A stretch of DNA of 64,000 bases. It comes from Octopus sinensis (Eukaryota). A program made the position numbers and the translations under genes. The stretch lies in the NCBI RefSeq assembly GCF_006345805.1, contig NC_043003.1, positions 75,020,001 through 75,084,000 on the forward strand, read 5' to 3'. Below the pieces are notes generated by a model, which saw nothing but the letters and a program-made list of their open reading frames with translations, had not been told where the DNA came from and did not search any database. Shown here piece by piece: positions 54,880-64,000 of the stretch. Numbering within the stretch: the first letter of the stretch is position 1; every line of letters begins with the position of its first letter.

Positions 54880-56780
54880 TATGATTCCTGATGGAATTCC
54901 CTTGACTCATGCTGTTGCACAATTAACAGGACTTACCTCTCATGCGGCTGTTTTTCAAGGTTAGCGTGCAGATACACCAATGTTTGTTTTCTTGGAGTCA
55001 GAAGTAGAGGTCAATAATTCTCTTATATTCTTATTCGTCTAAAGTCTACAATAGGCGGCTGGGGAGATGTCTGTGTAAAACGAGGATATTTTTTCACCAC
55101 ATGCTGGTAGCTTTCATGCAACACTTTTGAAACACCAGCGAAACTTCGGTGACAGTTAATCACTAAAGAATTCTCTCATCTATTGTATTGTTTTTGCTAA
55201 AATTATGCGTGAAGGTTTGACTATCTTTGTAAATCTTCCTTTGTTATTTTCTTTAATCGTGATTCACTGTAACCGCATTTGACAAAAGCATTCGCATGTT
55301 TCCAATAATCACCTATGTCAGTACAAATCCTCTCTATCCGCAAAATTTGGGATTTCGGATTTGACCGAATAATATGATGTGGATGATTGGAGCGGCAGTG
55401 GAGAAAATGTGGGATTACATGGGCTTGCAAAATAACTCTGTCATTATTCTGCCTCCAGAAAATTTAACTTTGCTATTCAAATATTCAACGTGAGTTTTTG
55501 AAAACCTAGATGAAAATTTTATTTTGGACTTAAAACCATAGTTTTTTTTAGTATGACACTAACAGAAATGTAAGAATTCAATTTAACTATCTTGAGATCC
55601 TTCTCAGACAAAAAAGACGTCACCAATGAACCGTAACCAGAGAACTAGTTCATGACCATGAAGGGATTTGAATATATTCAATAACTCTGTCTCGAATATC
55701 GTTATGAAGACATGAGCGAAATTAATTGCCATGGGGGTACCCAACGCGCAATCCCTCGTTTGGTGGTAAAATCTTTGTCCAAACTTCAGTGTGTTGCTTT
55801 GTAAAACAAAACGCAATAATCTCCAGGGAAAAGTTGATGGAACACATTTTTTGACCTCTCCTCGAAGGCATCCAAGCATGCTTCTATCCCTTCATCGTCG
55901 TTAATATTGGAATATAAGGAAGAAAAACCATGGTTACCAAAATCAAGTTCTAGATACGCCTCGGTGCTTAAAGAAGTTGTTGATTTTAGACAGAAAATCA
56001 AAAGTATCCCGAGTATAGGAACTTGGCCTTTTTTGCGACAAGGAGTAGAAAACCATACAGCCATTCCGAAATTTTGGCCGTGCAACATGCATATCTGCTG
56101 CAAATTGGGCACATTGGAGGGGATTTTTCGAACATTTTCTACTGGTGTCCTTCCTGACTGTAAATTCCTAGATTCAGCTTTATTAATGAAATTATGTTCC
56201 GCCATTTCCAGAAATATTTTTTTTATCAAATTCCTCTTCGTAATTGGGATTTCGATGGACAGGTAATTCTTCATAAGCCCAAATATTCCCATTTTTGTCT
56301 ATAATTATGACTGCGCCTTCCTTTATTCGCCATTTTAACAACATTAGAATCGTAATTAACTACACTTCGGAGTGTGTAATCCTGGGAATGTGTCAGATTA
56401 TTCCAGGACTACTTTCCACTTGTTTTAAAGCTTTCTCTAATACAAGATTGAAGAAATTCCAGTAGTACTTGTGAACGTCCATCCCGAACTTTACCTGGAT
56501 ACAAATTGAGATTCTTTTCAATCCAATTTTGCCAGGTTCGATCAACATCATTCTTATTTTCAGTAAGTATAGGGTTTTCCGTCTCCACGTTATCAGTTTT
56601 TTCAAAAACAAATTCCTTCAGCTAGTGACGGCAGACAAATTGAAAGAGACCTTGAGCTAGTTTATTCTTGTCGAAATTCTTAGTGCTTGGGTACAAACTC
56701 AGCCCAAACTCCAAGACTGAGATATTGTCGGGAAAATGTTTTAGTTTAGATAAATATTTGACCGAATTATTCTATAGTGT
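54880..56780 (-). mobile_element. Penelope-like element RT region (Neptune-like Cys linker), decayed; GIY-YIG not seen
   Basis: Minus strand in order: YLSK...ISVLEFGLSLYP...FQFVCRH*LKEF, NNLT...VVKMANKG/GAVIIIDK (DKG), SSLYSNINDDEGIEAC, CALGTPMAINFA, WLRFIGDVFFV, LHCRSNHPHH...PKSQILRIERIC, PPIVDFRR.KNIRELL, C...RGKSC*LC. Confidence 0.9.
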
Positions 56781-56866
56781 AATGGATTTACTCGGGTATG
56801 TGGTTTTCAGAGTCTTACTCTCATTACATTCCTGACTACGTTTTGGGCTTTTCACGAGATCATCAC

Positions 56867-57500
56867 TTAAACCATCGACCCTATTGAGTGATAAAATTTG
56901 TTCTGAATATTCATGTGAGAAGTTAAAATTTTTAGTCGTCTTTCTAGAGTCATCAATTCCTGGGTGGGTGATAGAAAGTCGGTGACTTCTGTGGTTTTTG
57001 TAGACATTTGAACAACATTTACTTTCGGGAAAGGAACGAATTTATTGATTTTCTGGCAAAATCTTAAATGTGCTCCCATTTTCGATTGATCAAATAAAAA
57101 CACTTCTCTAGTGCCATTTTCAATGACCAGTTCAAATACATAAGCCAAGGAAAGAAGTCCACAGTCAAATGCGCCAACTTGGGAATTAGATATATGAACG
57201 TGTTCAACTGTATTTATTAGGTTTGTTTGTGGTGAGTACAGCATTGTTATTTGTGCTATTAGTTCTTGTGATACTGGAAATTTCATACTGTCAGAAATAA
57301 AAACATCTCCGAAGAAAATGGTCGACGAAACAAAATGATTGTTTCTGGTATGATGAATGAAATGTGTGCGGTGTGGTCTGTATGTTAGAAAATCTGTGTG
57401 AGAAAAAATATTCGGTTGTATTGGAATTTCAGGAAAATTTCCGGTTGCGATTCTCAACCCGGCATCAAGAGGTTTATCACTTTGAAGTGCATATTATCAG
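56867..57500 (-). pseudogene. Ulp1/C48-like cysteine protease domain directly upstream of the PLE RT
   Basis: SDKPLDAGLRIATGNFP (LSD..I.A...L...FP), FIHHTRNNHFVSS (His), VFISDSM (Asp), SQVGAFDCGLLSLAY (Gln, Cys), FDQSKMGAHLRFC...FVPFP; H-D-Q-C order of clan CE peptidases. Confidence 0.75.
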
Positions 57501-57639
57501 AAAATATTCTAAATCTGCTCAACTTTCACCTCTCGAAATGCGTGAGAAGAAATATATTTGCGGGTTATTAACACCACACCCTTCAGGAATGTATAAAATG
57601 ACAGTAGAATATCAAATTCATACAACACTCTTGTGCATG

Positions 57640-57995
57640 CCCCATTGTGGCTGGTAAAACGTGCATCTCTGATCACGAGCAGAATTAGTAAGGGAGCATT
57701 TTAGCCATGAGTTGAGAGGAATTCTTTTGGGCTTGAATAATTCATCCTTAGAGACATTGGTGCTTCGTACATCCTTAAATGATCCTTATTCACGGACCTT
57801 TTGAGCAGAATGGGCTACTCGACATGGAGGAAATTCCAGCTGTGCCCTACCTTCAAGTTCATGTGCTCTTTATCTTGATGTGAGACTACTATTTCGCGCA
57901 CATATGTTTGTGATGTATCTGCCTGGTGTGCATTATCAGACGGGTAGTCATGAAAGGCATACTGGGCTTCGTATATTTTTACCTCAGTGTCACTT
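57640..57995 (-). repeat. Unclassified dispersed repeat (copy 2)
   Basis: Reverse complement aligns with 9105-9410. Confidence 0.75.
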
Positions 57996-57999
57996 GGAA

Positions 58000-58205
58000 A
58001 CCAGAATTTACTGCCAGAAAAACAAAAAGGATGAAGGAAAAAATACTAGAAGTACTTATGATCTGTACATCGACAAAGCAATTCTAAAAGAAGCAAAATC
58101 TAGAAAGAAAAGAACTAACAATAGAATCGGTAGATTATAAGAAAGCTTATGACATGATCCTAACTCATGGATAAGTGATTGTCTGGGTAAATTCAGTATA
58201 GCAAA
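58000..58205 (+). mobile_element. R4/Dong RT fragment (motifs 2-3), inverted
   Basis: NLLPEKQKG, YIDKAILKEAKSRKK, VDYKKAYDMI, SWISDCL. Confidence 0.8.
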
Positions 58206-59100
58206 CTTCCTTTGACTATTCTGCATCGACATTATGATTGACTGGCTTATCCCAAATATTACTCCAGAACTGTCTAGCTGCTCTGCATCTCTTTTCTCGT
58301 CTGCAGTACTTCGTTCATCACTATATATTTGGTTATAAAATCTCAGGTGTGTCTCAAATAAGCTATTCTCTTTATACTGATCTATTTTTTCTGATATCTG
58401 CAGGGCTTGCCTGCTACTGCTATGATACGCTGTTTTATTTCTTCTATTACTGTCTCAAATACTTTCTCTTTCACTACGTCACTTTTCCCAACGGAAGATT
58501 TGCATCTTGTGTGCCTCTAGTTTGTTCAGATGTTGCAATAGAATTTTTACTTATTTTGTAGCCTCCTTTTCCACATTTGCTCTTTTTTTCTTCTTTACCT
58601 GTGAAATATCAAATCTTCTAGTAGCTACTACACCTCCTCCATACAGTAATCTGTAAGTGCCTCCAATATTCTTAGTATCTGTCCTACTAATAACATAATC
58701 TACTTCCCTTGTTATTTACAAGACATCTACACTCTTCTGATCTTCCTCACTTAAATCACTTAAGTCGCAAGTGTCAGTTATCCCTTCCTAATTGATAGCG
58801 CTATTATCATTTTTTTCATTTAGGTTCTTCTTTGGTTTCAGCTGTGTCTCTTACGTTTTTGTTTTTTTTTTCTTTCCAAATGCCTGGCCTTTCTTTTCCA
58901 ATTCTCTTGTGATCTCTTCTGCCCTCCAATTTTGTCATTCACTTTCTTCTCCAAATAGCATTAGTTTGATATATTAATCTCTGCTCACTTGCTAAAATAT
59001 GCCCTTCTCTACCCAAAATGATATCATCTGTTTTCTCTAGCCCATTCTTTTAGGTTCATTTTCTGAATAGCACTCTATCGCTATCCCTTTTTTTTTTCGC
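58205..59100 (-). mobile_element. R4/Dong ORF N-terminal region
   Basis: Minus strand: IECYSENEPK, EQRLIYQ, RLLYGGGVV, MWKRRLQNK, IEEIKQRI, QFWSNIWDKPVNHN. Confidence 0.75.
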
Positions 59101-60005
59101 AGGTCCACTTCCTCCTCCTTAATATATTATTTGCTGATGCCGTATTAGGATAACATCTGTGATCAGTCTGCATCTTTACTGAACTACTGCTGAGCGAAAG
59201 TGCCTCTCCCTTAAATGTCCAGCTTCATTTTTTCTATTACAACCAGCATCTTTCGAGAAATCGTCTCTCTCATAAACTGATGTAAGGTAACTTTTGTCAC
59301 CAACGTCATCACCACTATCACTTTCCTACATCTGATAGTTTCAAGCAACTTTTATATTTCATCATTTGTTGCGCATTGTGTTGGTGGGGTGGTGTATGCT
59401 GCATTTTCAGTTTTTCGAGGGATTTGGTGGGGTATTGTATCATTATGTTTTGTTATGGGGTTTGGTTTGAGTCTTCTCTATTAATTTTTGCATTGTGAGA
59501 TTTTGTGCAACGCAGTTTGTGTTCTCTGTCGGGTATCGACCTTCTATTTGCACTTATTGTGGGCTTTGTTCATTCTGTCGTGTATTTACAGTATGAGTTT
59601 ATTCCTGTATGTTTTTGGAGGACTGTTTCATCGTTGTCTGTGTAAATCATAAATCAACTTTCTTCATAGTACTAATAGTTATCTATCCACCTTCTTTCTC
59701 TTTTAGTTGGTTTTGTTATGAGTTCTTTTTGAAGTTTTGCCTTTTCAACTGAACACCGCCCATGGATATGTGTTGATGATTCTTCCGTTGATATAAGTAT
59801 TATTGATGTATCACCGAAAAATCTAGAAGAAACAGCAATGTGCTTATATGGAGAGGTTTTGCTTTAATATTCTCCATATGAGAAAAAATCTTTCTGAGAT
59901 GACTTACATTAAGACATAGTTTTCATTCATTGTTTTGGGGGATTCTTAATTCCTGCTTCGTGATGGTTTCAGATTTGATTGATTGATTTTTATTATTATT
60001 AACAG

Positions 60006-60043
<38 letters not shown>

Positions 60044-60049
60044 TTTACT

Positions 60050-61030
60050 CTTAATCTGCATGTTTTTACAATCACTCGACGAGACATATCCTCCGTTCTA
60101 GGGCAAGTGAAGGATAATAGATGTTACAGTATGAATGAAAGCTTGAAGAAGGTATGTGGCAGGGGCAGTAGTGAAATATCTTCATGTAATACAATACATT
60201 TAAATTGATAGGGTTTTTCTAAACATGTGTGCAGTATTTGTCAGCACAATATTTTGGGTTTCTCTGAGTCATGGTTCTCTCGAGATATTATGTTTCAAAT
60301 TTCTCTTTTCATAGCAAGTGTACCCACAATCACAGGAACGGATCTCGCTTGAATATCCCACATATTTTGTATTCCTATTTCCAGATCCTTATATTTAATT
60401 AATCTGTCAAATTCCTTTATAAATATATTTTATCAGTGGTGATACTTACGTCTATTAGTCTACAATTATTTCTTTCTTCTCACTCTTTAATGACTATGTC
60501 TAGTCGATTATCCTGGATCATTCTGTGGGTGCTGAATAGAAAATCCCAGAGGATAATGACACTTTTACCTTCAACGACTGGATCAGGATGATGTTCATAC
60601 GATTCTGCTGGGATTCTGATTTTATCGTGTTTTCTTATTTTGCGATGTAAAAACTGTCCTGCCCTATCGTGGTGATATTTTTTATATGTTTGGTGTCAGC
60701 ACAGGACATCCCGAAACGAGATGGTCTATTGTTTCATCAAATTTCTCGCAGAATCTGCATTTCTGTCAGGGCTGCTTTGAAGTACGTTAACCTAGTAGTT
60801 TTTGGTTAGCAAGCTTTGATCTTGTGCCACCAATATGAAACCTTCAGTCTATGCTTTCAGTCCGGAGTTTCTCAACCACTGGTGAATTGGTCTACATCAG
60901 CATTTCTGATTTGAAGTATATACTGCCCATGCAGAGGCTTCTGGCTCCACCACTCCTCAGTTTGCTTCTGCCAGTGTTTGATATGTTTTGCTTTTTTCTA
61001 GGCAATGGTTCAGGTGCTTGATCTAATTCA
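60050..61030 (-). mobile_element. R4/Dong LINE 3' fragment E, tail into (TAG)n/(TAA)n
   Basis: Minus strand: QKPLHGQY, WLRNSGLKA*TEGFILVAQDQSL, CRFCEKFDETIDHLVSGC, ILWDF, RLDIV, LIDVSI. Confidence 0.88.
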
Positions 61031-61064
61031 GTATTAAAGTTACCTTTAAAATGGCCCATAAAAT

Positions 61065-61375
61065 AAGTACGAGTGAAACTCTGGGGTCGATGTAAGCGAA
61101 TAGACCCTTTTCCACAAAGTTCTGCTTTGTGACTTTAGTTGAAAGGGCTATTATCATCATTGATGTTGCGAGAAACCATAAACGTCAGTAAGCGGAGAAA
61201 AATGCTTAGCGGCATTTCGTCCGTCCTTATGATCTGAGTTCAAATTCTATGGAGGTCGACCTTGCCGTTCATCCTTCGGAGTCTATAAAATAGGTGTCAT
61301 CTGAGTAGTGCTGTTGATATTATAAACTGCCCACGTCCATGAAACTGAGGGCCTTGTACTAAAATTTGAAGTTAT
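61065..61375 (+). mobile_element. Two tandem SINE family 2 pieces
   Basis: ATAAGTAC...CTGGGGTCGATGTAAGCGA tail at 61065-61150, then AAATGCTTAGCGGCATTTCGTC...GAGTTCAAATTC...GGTCGACCTTGCC...GGCCTTGT. Confidence 0.75.
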
Positions 61376-61440
61376 TATTTTTTATTATTTTCCTCACTTT
61401 TAAACGCGAATGGCGAAGAAAAGTACAACTTACAAACATG

Positions 61441-61600
61441 GAGAAGAAGGAGGAGGAGGAGGAGAAGAAGAAGAAGAAGAAGAAGAAGAAGAAGAAGAAG
61501 AAGAAGAAGAAGAAGAAGAAGAAGAAGAAGAAGAAGAAGAAGAAGAAGAAGAAGAAGAAGAAGACGAAGAAGTAGAAGAGGAAGAAGAAAGTGATGAAGA
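61441..61600. repeat. (GAA)n/(GGA)n tract
   Basis: Direct reading of the sequence. Confidence 0.95.
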
Positions 61601-62179
61601 AAATGGATGAAAACGCTAAGGGAAACAAGAGGAGGGGCAGGAGGGAAAAACAGGAATAGTAGCGAAAGTATTACAATACTATTGAGTTAAAATTGTTATT
61701 TAAAGAAATATATAGGCAGACAAATTTGCGTATATAGACTGTGTACCTCTGTGCCAGAATTATCGATTTATTGAACATATATTCCCTTTAGCACCAAAAC
61801 TACTACCATAAAAATTCTCAAGTACGCCATTCACGTCCTATACTGTACATTTTGCAGTCCTAATAGATAATAGATCCCCGTAAAGCCCTGTGGTTATTTC
61901 CATCTACTTGATCAATAGAATAGATAGAGCTTGAAAAGAAGCTAGCTCCGCATATACACGATGCTTCATTGGAGTTGATCTGTTATTTACATAAAATACA
62001 GTTTTTATGGCATAATATATGATGCTATATCACGCCATTATACCATGCTACAGTTACTAGAGATGTTCAGCGTAGATAGTTTGAGGCGCCTTTTACAAGA
62101 TACATATACACTTATAATATATACTAGCATACACACACACGTGTATGTATGTGTATGTATGTATATGTGTGTGAGTGTG

Positions 62180-62219
<40 letters not shown>

Positions 62220-62266
62220 AAAATATGTATGTATATATGTACATAAATATATAATATGTATATATA

Positions 62267-62312
<46 letters not shown>

Positions 62313-62896
62313 TATTATATATATATATATATATTATATATATATATATGTGTGTGTGTATGTATGTATATATATATATATATAGCGATACTCACCATGG
62401 CCACAGCTCGTGAGCTGAAACTAGATAAAATGAATGAAAAATGAAAAAAAATGTATATATATAAATATATATATGTGTGTGTGTATGTATGTGTGTGTGT
62501 ATTACTTCATATGTGTCCCTCTCCGTGTTTAGGCATGTGTGTTTGTAATAGTATGTATATGTGTGCGTTTGTGTGTGTACGTTTGTGTGTACAGATATTT
62601 ATATTTGACGACTGAATATTTGAAATATCCTTTAAATTATAACTTGCAATGTCTCGTCTAAGAGGAAATCGAATGCAAGTGTATTAAACTACCCTATAAG
62701 ATTAAAAAGGTAATTATGTTAGTCGTTGTGAATCTTCCCTGAAACACAACAGTGAAAAAGCACACGCGTACGGAGGAACACGCATACACTCAAGCACATA
62801 TACACATTGACGGGTAGATAATAAGGTATCGATATATACTATATGTCAATACAAATATGCCCATGTAGATATAGACACACACACACACACACACAA

Positions 62897-62959
<63 letters not shown>

Positions 62960-62964
<5 letters not shown>

Positions 62965-64000
62965 ATGGCAATCCCTCAAAGGTCGAGGATGATGGTCTTC
63001 GCGCAAATTTACTGGTGAGTTCGTAGGTGACCGATAAGACCAATTCTTGCTTGAAAAGATCGGTCGCAGTGCCGACATCTAGTGCCGGAAGGGAGAGTCG
63101 CACGTGGTTGTTGTTGGCGCTCCTTCCGTCGCCGTCTTTTCTCCTCCAGCTCTGCAGACCTTTTAGACTCGAAAGTCGCCGTTCCCTCATGGATGGCGGT
63201 TTTCCAGAGTGGTTTGTTTTTTGCCGTTTCCTCCCACTTAGTGAAGTCGGGATCACACTTTTTGAGGTCCGTTTACAGGGAGACCTTGTAGCGTTTCTTC
63301 TGGCCTCCTTTTGTACGCTTGCCGTCTTTGAGTTGGGAGTAGAAGATCTGTTTGGGAAGTCGTTCGTCAGTCATTCTAACCACGTGGCCGCTCAATCTTA
63401 GTTGGCCTTTGATGACATAGGCTTCGATGCTGGTCGTTTTTGCTTCTTGTAGCACGCTGGCTTTAGTTCTTCTGTTCTGTCTTCCTAACTGATGTTAAGG
63501 ATCTTTCGAAGACAGCATTGGTGAAATTTCTCGAGCGTTTTCAGGTGGTGACTATACGGCGTTCAGGTTTCGGATGCGTAAAGGAGGGTTGGAACAATGA
63601 CTGCCCTGTACACCATGAGTTTGGTTTCGGTTCGGATGTCCCGATCAGCAAAAACTCTTGTTCGAAGCTTGCCGAAAGCTGTTCCTGCACACTTCAGACT
63701 GTGTTGGATTTCATCGCTGAGTTCTACCTTTGCTGACAGATGGCTTGCAAGGTAGCAGAAGTGGTTCACATTTTCCAGTGGAATTCCTTCGAGTTGAATC
63801 GATGGCGGGTTGTCAACACGGGCATAGGGAGGAGGTTGGTAGAGTAAGTGAGTCTTCTTGATGTTGATGCTCAGTCCAAGTTTAGTATATGCATGATGAA
63901 AAGCATTTAGGATCTGTTGGAGATGATCCTCTCTGTAAGCTGTTGTCGTCGGCATATTGGAACTCTAGCAAGCTTCGCGCCATTGTCTTTGACGTACTTT
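62960..64000 (-). mobile_element. RTE-clade LINE 3' portion (runs off window), pseudogenised
   Basis: LGLSINIKKT, FCYLASHLS, AFGKLRTRVF, PTLLYASET, RLPKQIFYSQL..GKR..GGQKKRYK, terminal HCDRSFQARIGLIGHLRTH; (CAT)n tail into (TA)n. Confidence 0.93.

Noticed and set aside
54650-54880. Hammerhead or GIY-YIG at the 3' end of the protease-PLE
   Set aside because: No intact CTGANGA...GAAA core with stems and no GIY/YIG motif found.
59400-59990. Further Dong N-terminal coding fragment
   Set aside because: Strand-skewed composition is suggestive but no diagnostic motif could be read.

Overview
AT-rich (about one-third GC by eye), microsatellite-dense eukaryotic DNA with no host protein-coding gene I can support. 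It reads as a large intron or intergenic tract of an animal genome; the repeat landscape (tRNA-derived SINEs with internal TA/CA microsatellites, RTE, R4/Dong, Penelope-like elements, mariners) suggests a coleoid cephalopod such as Octopus, which is an inference. Nearly all long ORFs are decayed transposon fragments or microsatellite translations. Contents: two RTE LINEs plus a 3' relic; a head-to-tail array of four R4/Dong LINE 3' fragments in (TAA)n plus three more Dong relics; two Penelope-like elements (PLEs); two mariners; a Chapaev3-like relic; two SINE families; a tRNA-Lys-like relic; a 100-N gap. Best novelty candidates: (1) a PLE whose RT ORF is preceded on the same strand by a Ulp1/C48-like cysteine-protease domain (54.9-57.5 kb); (2) an inverted-repeat unit between two (TA)n tracts carrying minimal hammerhead ribozymes on both strands (12.6-13.4 kb); (3) a 3' stem-loop shared by divergent Dong families. 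All family assignments come from motif recognition by eye, not database searches, and boundaries are approximate.
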